The translations under genes were made by a program, and so were the position numbers. Under the pieces are notes generated by a model. The model had not been told where the DNA came from. It saw nothing but the letters and a program-made list of their open reading frames with translations, and made no database searches. Positions 10,398 to 18,713 of a stretch of 64,000 bases of DNA are shown here, one piece after another. The DNA is from Vulcanimicrobiota bacterium (GTDB taxonomy: Bacteria > Vulcanimicrobiota > Vulcanimicrobiia > Vulcanimicrobiales > Vulcanimicrobiaceae). The stretch spans positions 32,001-96,000 of the forward strand of contig CAVRQT010000001.1 in assembly GCA_963723515.1 (NCBI GenBank). Direction: 5' to 3'. Within the stretch, counting starts at the first letter, position 1. The number at the start of each line of letters is the position of its first letter.

Positions 10398-11075
10398 TTA
10401 TGCTGTCATCCGCGTGACGACCGGCTCGGCGGTCTCAAAGAGTGCCGCGAATTCCGAAATCGCATCCGGCGCGACGATCGCGTTGATTTCATCGCCCTCG
10501 GCGAGAACCGTGTCGTTTGCCGGAACGCGCACGCTCTTGCCCGAGCGAATTGCGGCGATGCGGATTCGTCCGGGGCGCTCGAATTCCGCAACGCGTTTGC
10601 CTGCATTCTGTGCCGAAACTGTTGCTGCGAGCGAGGTGACCTTGCCGAAGTCAAAGGACTGCAGCGTGTCCCAAGGCGCCTCCATGAGGACGTCGCGAAT
10701 CAGCTTTGCGCCGATCGTCGTTGGGCAAACGGTGTCGATGCCGAGCTCGCGATACATCTGTCCGCGCGGCGGATCGTAAATGCGCGCGACGATCTTCTTG
10801 ATCTTGAACATCCGTTGCGCGATCAATGCCGCCATCACGTTGCGATTATCGCCGTTCGTCACAGCGACGAATCCGTCGGCATGTTCGGCGCCGGAGCGTT
10901 TGAGAATATCGTAGTCTATGCCGGTCCCGACGACGACGTGTCCTTTGAAGCGGGTGCCCAATCTCTTGAAGGCGGAGGGATTTTCGTCGACGACGATCAC
11001 TTCGTGGTTGTCGGCATCGAGGAGGTTCGCGAGCGCGGAGCCGACTCGTCCGCACCCGACGATCAAATACCTCAT
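10398..11075 (-). CDS. TrkA-family K+ uptake regulatory protein (RCK-N plus RCK-C)
   Basis: IVGCGRVG; TNGDNRN; ARIYDP; C-terminal RCK-C (P..DTVL.EGD). Confidence 0.85.
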   Translation of the reverse strand: MRYLIVGCGRVGSALANLLDADNHEVIVVDENPSAFKRLGTRFKGHVVVGTGIDYDILKRSGAEHADGFVAVTNGDNRNVMAALIAQRMFKIKKIVARIYDPPRGQMYRELGIDTVCPTTIGAKLIRDVLMEAPWDTLQSFDFGKVTSLAATVSAQNAGKRVAEFERPGRIRIAAIRSGKSVRVPANDTVLAEGDEINAIVAPDAISEFAALFETAEPVVTRMTA

Positions 11076-11185
11076 GTGCGCGCTCCCCTTTCGGCGCAGC
11101 GGCGGGGAGATGCTCTTGGCTCCTTTTTTAAAGCGGTATCGAAGCAAGGACCGTTCAAAAACCGCCCGAACAGGAGGACCTCGCT

Positions 11186-11259
11186 CGGGGCGTAGCTCAG
11201 CTTGGTAGAGCGCTGCGTTCGGGACGCAGAGGTCACAGGTTCAAATCCTGCCGCCCCGA
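11186..11259 (+). tRNA. tRNA-Pro(CGG), CCA not encoded
   Basis: Acceptor CGGGGCG/CGCCCCG-A; D arm GCTCAGCTTGGTAGAGC; anticodon arm CTGCG-TTCGGGA-CGCAG; T arm CAGG-TTCAAAT-CCTG. Confidence 0.96.
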
Positions 11260-11281
11260 TATTTCTGTAAAGAAAGAGCGG

Positions 11282-11692
11282 ATGTTTTCAAAGTTCAGCC
11301 GCGCGTCGTTACGCATTTTGCGGGCCGCAGAGCAAGAATGCCGCAACCACAACCATTACTATGTGGGTGTCGAGCATATTCTTTTGGCGCTGCTCGAGGA
11401 GCACGACGCCGCAATCGGCGCCCGCTTGGCTTCGGATGCGATCGACTTCAGCGAGGCCCATGCGCACGCGCGCCGCGCGTTGGGCACCGGAGAGGATCGT
11501 GTTTGGGAAGGCATTTTGGTGACGCCCCGCGTTCGTAAAGTCGTTGCCCTGGCGGAAGCGCGCGCGCAAGAGCGTGAAATAGAGCCGCTGGACCTCTTTG
11601 AAGCGATTCGTGAAGAAGGCGGCGGATTAGCGGCGGAAATTCTTCGCCGCGCCGCGCCAGGAGAAAGAGTCACCTCACCGGTTCGAAAGTAA
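11282..11692 (+). CDS. Stand-alone Clp protease N-terminal (repeat) domain protein
   Basis: MFSKFS..A.QE....H.YVG.EHILLALL and TPRVRKVVALA match the ClpC N-domain; no ATPase domain. Confidence 0.85.
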   Translation: MFSKFSRASLRILRAAEQECRNHNHYYVGVEHILLALLEEHDAAIGARLASDAIDFSEAHAHARRALGTGEDRVWEGILVTPRVRKVVALAEARAQEREIEPLDLFEAIREEGGGLAAEILRRAAPGERVTSPVRK

Positions 11693-11695
11693 AAC

Positions 11696-12310
11696 GTGCA
11701 GCAGCTTTCTGCGACGTTGCTCGCGCTGGTCGACCACGCGGGATACGCCGGCCTGTTGCTTGTCATGGCCATCGGCAATATCGGCGTACCGGTTGGTTCC
11801 GAAATCATTTTGCCGGCCGCCGGTGCACTTGTCGCGACCGGCCACCTCCACAGCGTTAGCATGACCATCGTAGTTGCCGTTATTGGAGAGCTGGCCGGCG
11901 GCAGCGTCGCGTACGCGATCGGCCGCTACGGCGGTCGGGCGTTCGTGCACCGTTATGGCCACTACGTCTTCTTTCGCGAAGCCGAACTGGCGCACGTCGA
12001 GCGCTTCTTTACGCGCTATGGGAGTTTCGCGGTCTTTCTTTGCCGGTTCATTCCGGTGCTGCGGGGCATCGTCGGGATACCGGCGGGGACGGCGCGCATG
12101 CCGCTCGTGCCGTTTTACATCTGGACTGCCCTTGGGTCGACGGGATTCTGCGCCGCGCTAATCTATCTTGGACTCACGCTGGGCAAGAACGTCGGCACGA
12201 TCATGCCGCTCTTGCACCGTTTTTCGCTGCTGATTATCGTGCTGATCGTGCTCGCCATCCTGGGCTATTTGCTCTTGCGGCGGCAAACGCTGAGCCGTAA
12301 CGAAATCTGA
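11696..12310 (+). CDS. DedA-family membrane protein
   Basis: P.GSEIILPAAG; YAIGRYGG; FF.RYG..VFLCRFIPVLR..PAG. Confidence 0.92.
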   Translation: MQQLSATLLALVDHAGYAGLLLVMAIGNIGVPVGSEIILPAAGALVATGHLHSVSMTIVVAVIGELAGGSVAYAIGRYGGRAFVHRYGHYVFFREAELAHVERFFTRYGSFAVFLCRFIPVLRGIVGIPAGTARMPLVPFYIWTALGSTGFCAALIYLGLTLGKNVGTIMPLLHRFSLLIIVLIVLAILGYLLLRRQTLSRNEI

Positions 12311-12334
12311 GGCGCGCGTGTTGAAGAACTCGCC

Positions 12335-14308
12335 GTGCAGACGCGGAGCGTAAACCTTAAAGAAAAGCTGAGCCGGGTTCCCGACGCGCCGGGCGTCTAT
12401 TTGATGGTAGGCGAGGGCGATCGCATTCTTTACATCGGCAAGGCACTCTCGCTGCGCAACCGGGTGCGCTCCTACTTTCAAGAGAGTTCCGAACACCACA
12501 TTCGCACGCAAGCGATGGTAGAGAAAGTCGTTGACGTCCGCACGATCGTTGTCAGCAACGAAATTGAAGCGCTGATCCTAGAGGCGAATTTGATCAAGCG
12601 CCACCAGCCGGCGTTCAACGTTCGGCTGCGTGACGACAAGCGCTATCCGTATTTGAAAGTCACGAATGAACCATTTTCGCGTGTCGTGTTCACGCGAGTC
12701 GTGCGCAACGACGGCGGGCGCTACTTCGGCCCCTACACGAACGCACACGGCCTGCGCGAGCTCATCGACCTCGTCCGGCTCGTCTTTCCATTACGAACTT
12801 GCCGCGAGCCCATCGATGGGCGTCGCGCGCGGCCGTGCTTACAATACCATATCAAACGTTGCCTCGCACCCTGCGTCGGCTTTCAAAGCGAGACCGACTA
12901 CGACGCGATGATCGAGGAAGTCGTGCTCTTCTTGGAAGGCAAGCAAGAACATCTGCTCTCGCGATTGCAGCACGAGATGGTCGATGCGGCGCAGACGTTG
13001 AACTTTGAATCGGCGGCACGGCTGCGCGATCGCATCGTTGCGGTCCGCCGCGTCACGGAGAACCAAAAAGTCGTCTGGCGCTCGCGCGTCGACATGGACC
13101 TCATCGCGATGGCGCGCGCACAGGGACAAGCGTGCATGCAAGTCTTCATGGTACGCAGCGGTAAGTTGATCGCGCAGGAACACTTCATCTTGGACGGCGT
13201 GCACGATCAGCCCGACGAAGTGCTCTATTCGGAATTTCTCAAGCAATTCTATACGGCCCGGACGGCCGGCGGTCTGGACGTGCTTGCGACCGCGTCGTCG
13301 GCACGCCAGGCGCTCGAAAATGAGGCCCCTGTTGCATTACGTGCGGGCTCGCGACGTCAAACCGCCTCCGCACTTCCAAAAGAGATTCTGGTTACCGCCG
13401 TGCCCGCGGATCACAGCGTCATCGAAAGTTGGCTCACCGAGCTCAAGGGGCAACGCGTTCGCATCCTACGCGCGGCGCGTGGGCCACGCGCCGATTACTT
13501 GCGTCTGGTTCAAACAAACGCGCAAGCGAATCTCAAATCGTTCCTTGCCCATCAAGAAGTTGAGGAAACGGCGCAGGCGCGCGCACTGACTGAGCTGGCA
13601 AATGCGCTCGAATTGCCCGAACCGCCGCAGCGAATCGAGTGTTATGACATCTCGAACATCAGCGGATCGAATCCGACGAGCTCGATGGTGGTCTTCGTCG
13701 ATGGCCGCGCGCGCAAGAGCGACTACCGGCGTTTCAAAATCCAGTACGATCGCGGTCCAAACGATTTTGCGATGATGCAAGAGACGCTGCGCCGTCGCTT
13801 GCGCTACTTGCGCCCGCGCACCGACGGGGAGTTAACGACTGAAGGCGCGGCTTTGCTGCACAAAGAGAAGTTCAACAAGAAGCCGGATTTGCTGCTGATT
13901 GACGGTGGGAAGGGCCAGTTGAGCGCGGTGCAAGATGTGCTCGAAGAGATGGATATGAGCGGCGTTCCTACTGCTGGACTAGCGAAGGAACATGAATGGC
14001 TCTATATGCCGGGTCAGCCCGATCCGATCGTCTTGCCGCCAAATTCGGCGGCGCTGCACCTCGTGATGCGTATTCGGGATGAGGCGCACCGCTTCGCGGT
14101 AACATATCATCGTCAGCGTCGAGGCAAGGCGATGACGACCTCCGCATTGGATGCACTCAAAGGTGTCGGGCCGATGCGCAAGAAGCGTTTGCTCAGGAGG
14201 TTCGGCTCCATTGCCGCGATCAAGCGCGCAGATCTCAATGAGATTGCCGCGGTCAAAGGCATGACGTCGAGCCTTGCATCACGCGTCAAGTCTGCTTTAG
14301 GAGAATAG
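12335..14308 (+). CDS. uvrC: Excinuclease ABC subunit C
   Basis: PGVYLM..YIGKA..LRNRVRSYF GIY-YIG; IECYDISN; LIDGGKGQ; RIRDEAHRFA; C-terminal HhH. Confidence 0.97.
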   Translation: MQTRSVNLKEKLSRVPDAPGVYLMVGEGDRILYIGKALSLRNRVRSYFQESSEHHIRTQAMVEKVVDVRTIVVSNEIEALILEANLIKRHQPAFNVRLRDDKRYPYLKVTNEPFSRVVFTRVVRNDGGRYFGPYTNAHGLRELIDLVRLVFPLRTCREPIDGRRARPCLQYHIKRCLAPCVGFQSETDYDAMIEEVVLFLEGKQEHLLSRLQHEMVDAAQTLNFESAARLRDRIVAVRRVTENQKVVWRSRVDMDLIAMARAQGQACMQVFMVRSGKLIAQEHFILDGVHDQPDEVLYSEFLKQFYTARTAGGLDVLATASSARQALENEAPVALRAGSRRQTASALPKEILVTAVPADHSVIESWLTELKGQRVRILRAARGPRADYLRLVQTNAQANLKSFLAHQEVEETAQARALTELANALELPEPPQRIECYDISNISGSNPTSSMVVFVDGRARKSDYRRFKIQYDRGPNDFAMMQETLRRRLRYLRPRTDGELTTEGAALLHKEKFNKKPDLLLIDGGKGQLSAVQDVLEEMDMSGVPTAGLAKEHEWLYMPGQPDPIVLPPNSAALHLVMRIRDEAHRFAVTYHRQRRGKAMTTSALDALKGVGPMRKKRLLRRFGSIAAIKRADLNEIAAVKGMTSSLASRVKSALGE

Positions 14309-14309
14309 C

Positions 14310-14684
14310 ATGTCTTGGATCATACGCTTTATCATCAACGCGATTGTGCTTTGGCTTATTGTTGAGTATGTGCCCGGCTTCACCAATGGCGCCGGCGTTC
14401 CACATGCGGTTCCGATTTGGCCGACGGTGATCATTTTAGCGATCATCTTTGGGATCGTCAATGCGCTTATTGGTCCGATCCTGCGGCTGCTGAGCGCACC
14501 GCTTACCTGGATAACGCACGGCCTGTTTGCCGTCGTGATCAACTGGATCTTGTTTGCGATTGCAATCTGGATCACGCCGAACCTCAAAGGCACGTGGCTC
14601 GCCACGCTGATCGGCGCGATCATCTTGATGGTGATCTCGACGCTCGTTCATAATATCAGCGAGCCGCGCACGGCGGCCGCGTAG
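14310..14684 (+). CDS. YvlD-like 4-TM membrane protein (holin superfamily IV type)
   Basis: GIVNALIGPIL.LLS.PL..IT.GLF..VIN pattern; typical position after uvr genes. Confidence 0.8.
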   Translation: MSWIIRFIINAIVLWLIVEYVPGFTNGAGVPHAVPIWPTVIILAIIFGIVNALIGPILRLLSAPLTWITHGLFAVVINWILFAIAIWITPNLKGTWLATLIGAIILMVISTLVHNISEPRTAAA

Positions 14685-14695
14685 CATAGAAGATC

Positions 14696-14725
14696 TCGGG
14701 CGCCCGCAAATCGGTGGGCGCCCGA
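14696..14725. terminator. Hairpin between convergent genes
   Basis: TCGGGCGCCCGC-AAATCG-GTGGGCGCCCGA followed by an A-run (U-tail on the minus strand). Confidence 0.7.
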
Positions 14726-14750
14726 AAACTTAAAGCCGCCCGCTTTTTGG

Positions 14751-15770
14751 CTATCGCACGTGGGCGCGCGTGACATCAGCCGGCGAAGTGCAGCCGAGGA
14801 GCGCTAAGCCAAGCCGTATCTCTTCTCGGAGAATACGCAAGACATCCGCGACGCCGGCTTCGCCGGCAACGGTCAGTCCCCACAGCATCGCACGGCCGAT
14901 CATGACGGCTCGTGCGCCCAGTGCGAGCGCTTTCAGCACATCGGTGCCGCGGCGAATGCCGCCATCCAGAACAATCTCTGCGCGACCGCCAACCGCGTCG
15001 ACAACTTCTTCGAGCACGTCGATCGTCGCGGCCACGCCATCAAGTTGCCTGCCGCCGTGATTTGAAACGACGACGGCTGCTGCTCCGTGTTCGAATGCGA
15101 GCGCAGCGTCTTCTCCCGTCATGATTCCTTTAATGACGAGCGGCAGCCCGTAACCGGCAAACCGCTCGACGTCCCGCCAGGTGATCGTTGCATCGAAACC
15201 GCTACCGAAGAGTTCGCCCTCGACGCTCAAGGTGTCCGGAACTTTGAAACCGGCTCGAACGTCGCGTTCCCGATTACCTATATAGGGTACGTCGACCGTT
15301 AGCACGAGCGCAGAGTAACCGCTCGCGACCGCTTCCTCGATCGCCGCTTCGGTCTTCGCGCGAGCGTTCCAGACGTAAATTTGAAACCACCGCTTGCCAT
15401 CTTGCAGTGCGCTTGGGCGACACGTCGCGGCCGAAGAGAGACACATGATTGTGTCTGCGGCGCATGCCGCGCGCGCCGTCGCCTCTTCCCCCTCGAGATG
15501 CACGAGGCGTTGGATCGCGACCGGTGCGATGAGGACCGGCAATGCTACGTCGGTTCCGAGAACTGTAGTGGACGTTGAAACGCGCTCGACGTCGACCAAT
15601 ACGCGCGGACGAAGCTTCCGGCGCGCAAACGCCGCGACGTTATCGCGAAGCGTCACCTCGTCGCCCGACCCTCCGGAAATGTAGGCGCTCGCATTCGCGT
15701 CCCACATCTGCTCCGCTAATTGCTCGTAGTCCGAGACGCTGACGGGCTTCGCTTTTCCGGAGACGGCCAT
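14751..15770 (-). CDS. FMN-dependent alpha-hydroxy-acid oxidase/dehydrogenase
   Basis: LRPRVLVDV; WFQIY; LTVD; IKGI; SNHGGRQLD; DGGIRRGTDVLKALALGA. Confidence 0.93.
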   Translation of the reverse strand: MAVSGKAKPVSVSDYEQLAEQMWDANASAYISGGSGDEVTLRDNVAAFARRKLRPRVLVDVERVSTSTTVLGTDVALPVLIAPVAIQRLVHLEGEEATARAACAADTIMCLSSAATCRPSALQDGKRWFQIYVWNARAKTEAAIEEAVASGYSALVLTVDVPYIGNRERDVRAGFKVPDTLSVEGELFGSGFDATITWRDVERFAGYGLPLVIKGIMTGEDAALAFEHGAAAVVVSNHGGRQLDGVAATIDVLEEVVDAVGGRAEIVLDGGIRRGTDVLKALALGARAVMIGRAMLWGLTVAGEAGVADVLRILREEIRLGLALLGCTSPADVTRAHVR

Positions 15771-15820
15771 GCGTAAGAGCTTCGTGGCGCTCGGCCGGAA
15801 ACTTTGGCCTTGCGAACGCG

Positions 15821-15829
15821 TGTTATACT
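15821..15829 (+). promoter_or_regulatory. Extended -10 promoter (TGTTATACT) for ssrA
   Basis: TGn-TATACT ending 10 nt before the mature tmRNA 5' end. Confidence 0.6.
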
Positions 15830-15839
15830 ATGTGGTCGC

Positions 15840-16193
15840 GGGGCTGAGTTAGGTTCGACGAAAGGAACCGCGCCGGGGATAAGCAGGCGGAGTTGCGAGC
15901 ACTCCTAAAACGATCGCAAGCGTTTTACACGCAAACAATCAATACGCTCTGGCTGCCTAATCTAAGGTAGTCACGGGATGCGGGAGGTCGCCGGAATCGG
16001 CCCGCAAACCGCCATGAGCTCCGGCTAGGAACGGAGATCTGACCGAAAAGCCGTTCCGAAGCACATCGGTCCGCAGCGGGCAGCATCCGGGTTTCGAGGA
16101 GACGTCCGCCTAAGTGAAAATCGAAACTGAGCCTGGAGAAAACGCCGGCAAGGTCTTTCGGACTCGGGGGGCAGTTCCCCGACAGCTCCACCA
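15840..16193 (+). ncRNA. ssrA: tmRNA; tag peptide ANNQYALAA* at 15931-15960
   Basis: 5' GGGGCTGA..GGTTCGAC and 3' CAGCTCCACCA (Ala acceptor stem with G3-U); internal ORF ending YALAA; length 354 nt. Confidence 0.95.
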
Positions 16194-16197
16194 ATTT

Positions 16198-16301
16198 AAA
16201 TTCAAAGGAAATTGCAAGCAATTTCTTTGAGAGAAGAAGATGATGTTGAAAAATTCAAAGGAAATTGTAAGCAATGTCTGAGAGAAGCGAAGATGTTGAA
16301 A
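16198..16301 (+). repeat. AT-rich imperfect tandem duplication (~52 bp x2) directly after tmRNA
   Basis: AAATTCAAAGGAAATTG(C/T)AAGCAAT..TGAGAGAAG..GATGTTGAAA occurs twice. Confidence 0.8.
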
Positions 16302-16345
16302 GAGGAGTGCAGAGTAAATCGGTCACTCCTCTTTCTTCATTTTTG
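16299..16345 (+). terminator. Probable intrinsic terminator of ssrA
   Basis: AAAGAGGAGTG/CACTCCTCTTT stem followed by CTTCATTTTT. Confidence 0.6.
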
Positions 16346-16405
16346 AATCTTAAACGCGTAACGGCGGCTCAGGAAGTCCTCAGACGATGTGGGTAAAGTG
16401 CGCGA

Positions 16406-16960
16406 ATGTTACGCGGAATCGTTCTAGGCGTCATACTGACCATCGCACTGGCTGCGCTGATCGGTTATGCCGCCGTTCGAGCGGGCGCATTTCCGGCCAA
16501 TGCTGACGCCAGGCCTTCCCAAATTGAGGCCTGGATGGCGCGCACCTCACTTCGTGCGACGATACAGCGGCAAGCGCCAAGTGGCGACAACCCCGTAGCG
16601 GCCTCCGATCAGAATCTCGCTGCGGGCATGAAGCTCTATGTTGCAAATTGCGGCGTCTGCCACGGCGCAGCTGACGGAAAGGCAACCAATGTCGCGCATG
16701 GTCTCTATCAGCGTCCGCCGCAGCTGGCATCATATGGTGCAGCAAGAGCGGTACGACGGTAGACGAACGGCTGCCTAAACCATCTGCGCGTCGGTCATTT
16801 CAGACGCCAGCAGATTTGGCAGATCACGGCGTTTTTGCAAAACATGGATCATCTGCCGCCTGCAATCGACGCCCAGTGGAAACGCGCGCGAGTGGCGGAA
16901 ACAATTGCGCCGGCGGCACTGCAGCTGCACCGGCGCAAAGGTCCGCCACCAGGCGGTTAG
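16406..16960 (+). pseudogene. Membrane-anchored monoheme cytochrome c, interrupted by an in-frame stop at 16760-16762
   Basis: N-terminal TM and CGVCHG heme motif; the same frame resumes with QQIWQITAFLQNMDHLPP to TAG at 16960; the Met-ligand segment is missing. Confidence 0.7.
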
Positions 16961-16963
16961 TTT

Positions 16964-17497
16964 TTAGCGCGTCGACATCAATGCTGGAAGGCGGAGACTG
17001 CGCCAATGTGTTCCGTCCTGATAGGTAACACGCAACGGCAGGCACTGCGCGAGCCCGGTGCCAAGCGGAAAAACGTTCTTGCTTATGCCGAAGCGATGCT
17101 TGATCTCGGCGCCCGGTGAAAACGTTCCGACGTCGCGCACTTCGGCGACAAGATGGCCTCGCGCGACAAGACCAAACTCGATCGCGGTCGCTACTTTAGA
17201 GCCCTGGTTCTTGTAATCGATGGCCAGTTGTGGGCTGGTTGTGCTGACGGTCGGCTGATAGAAACGGCGGCCGTAGACGTCATTCCAATAATACGGTGTC
17301 CGTGCCGGATAGTAGGCGGGAACATAGCCGCCATAAACGGTCGTCGTTCCTTCGGTCGGTTCGCATTTCGAGACGTGAATGTTGCTTGGCGGGTGGCTAA
17401 TGAGGCCGATTGATGCCGGCTTCGTCTGAGCCATTGAGCCGGCTGCCGTCGCAGCCACAATAATGGCAGCTGAGGCGAAACTCCAAAAAATACGCAT
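16964..17497 (-). CDS. Hypothetical secreted protein
   Basis: SD AAGGAAAG; signal peptide MRIFWSFASAAIIVAATAAGSMA; two Cys; beta-rich C-terminus. Confidence 0.75.
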   Translation of the reverse strand: MRIFWSFASAAIIVAATAAGSMAQTKPASIGLISHPPSNIHVSKCEPTEGTTTVYGGYVPAYYPARTPYYWNDVYGRRFYQPTVSTTSPQLAIDYKNQGSKVATAIEFGLVARGHLVAEVRDVGTFSPGAEIKHRFGISKNVFPLGTGLAQCLPLRVTYQDGTHWRSLRLPALMSTR

Positions 17498-17632
17498 ATC
17501 TGCTTTCCTTAAATAAAGTGAAACGGGTCTTGCCCTCTGTTTCAGACTTGCGGGCGGCCGCTTCCTGCGCAACGCCAGGCGCTATGCGTCAGCTCTAAGC
17601 GTGCGCGCAGCGGCACCTTCGGTTCGCCAAAT

Positions 17633-18526
17633 CTAAAGAGTGAAGCGCCGGAAGAACTCCCAGATCGTCTCCGACGCATCGAATGCTTGACTCGTTCGGC
17701 CGATAATGAACGGCGGCAGGTACTGCTCGCCGCCCGGCCATGTGTGGCCGCCGTTTTCGACTTCGATCAATTCGACCTCACGCCGATTGGCACAACGTGA
17801 GAACGTCGAGAGGTCAACCGGCATACCGTCGTTTTCGCTCATCGAGCTTCTTTGAGCCGGGCCGGCGCAACGGTTGAGCGCGGCCCACCTCGTGAGCGTG
17901 TCTTGCACCGAAGCAACATCGCCACCGCCCGCTGTTCGGCCGCCGCCGTAGGGCACGAGCGGATCTGCTGTGCCGTGAATCAGAAGCACGGCGGGCGGCG
18001 TAGCGGGACGACACGCATTGACGATGTCGACAGGCAGCGGACCGGCAACCGGCGCGATTGCTGCAATGCGCGCCGAGAGTTCGCAGCCAAGCCGCTCGGA
18101 GAAGATCGCGCCGTTCGATAATCCGGTTGCATAGATGCGTCTTGGGTCGATGTGATCTTCACGCCCAAGTTTGCTGATCAGTGCGGAGATGAATTGCACG
18201 TCATCGCTTGCGGACGGCGGCCCGCCGGTGCGGCCGTCTGCCCAATGACGATTGACGCCTTGCGGATAGACGACGACAAAATGATTGCGGTCGGCGATTT
18301 GATCGAAGTGCGTGATGCGTGCCGCGCCGCTCGCCAAACCGCCGCCGCCGTGCAGGTTGATGACGAGCGGCGAAACGCCCTGACCGCTCGACGGCGGCAA
18401 ATGTAAAAGGTACATGCGGGTTTGAGCGCCCACGACGATCTCGCCGCTGAGATCCTGGCTCTGCGCCATGCACGCAGCGGGGCTCAGTGCCGCCAGCATC
18501 GTGAACGCAGCCACGGCAAACCGCAT
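17633..18526 (-). CDS. Secreted PHB-depolymerase/LpqC-family esterase
   Basis: LHGGGG; VVYPQG; DDVQFI; RIYATGLSNGA nucleophile elbow; HGTADPLVP; GGHTWPGG. Confidence 0.9.
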   Translation of the reverse strand: MRFAVAAFTMLAALSPAACMAQSQDLSGEIVVGAQTRMYLLHLPPSSGQGVSPLVINLHGGGGLASGAARITHFDQIADRNHFVVVYPQGVNRHWADGRTGGPPSASDDVQFISALISKLGREDHIDPRRIYATGLSNGAIFSERLGCELSARIAAIAPVAGPLPVDIVNACRPATPPAVLLIHGTADPLVPYGGGRTAGGGDVASVQDTLTRWAALNRCAGPAQRSSMSENDGMPVDLSTFSRCANRREVELIEVENGGHTWPGGEQYLPPFIIGRTSQAFDASETIWEFFRRFTL

Positions 18527-18713
18527 GGCATCAAAAGAACACACGCGGCGGTCCTAGGTCAAGGAAGAAAAGATGAGCCGCTCTCGCTGTGATTTCGATG
18601 AGAATTGAGTTTTTTGTGGTAGGGGGCGGCTGCTTGCGAACATTCACCGAGCCGAGCACGTTTCCGTACTGTAACCTCCGAGCATAATGCGGAGAGACGC
18701 AAGCGAGGACCCC

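Noticed and set aside
11076..11185. c-di-AMP riboswitch upstream of the trkA-like genes
   Set aside because: The gap is only ~110 bp, is shared with the tRNA promoter, and shows no recognisable motif.
14310..14684. Holin-family gene as a sign of a prophage
   Set aside because: YvlD-like genes are commonly chromosomal beside uvr genes, and no phage genes are nearby.
15925..16221. 98-aa minus-strand ORF
   Set aside because: Lies antisense to tmRNA and has no protein features.
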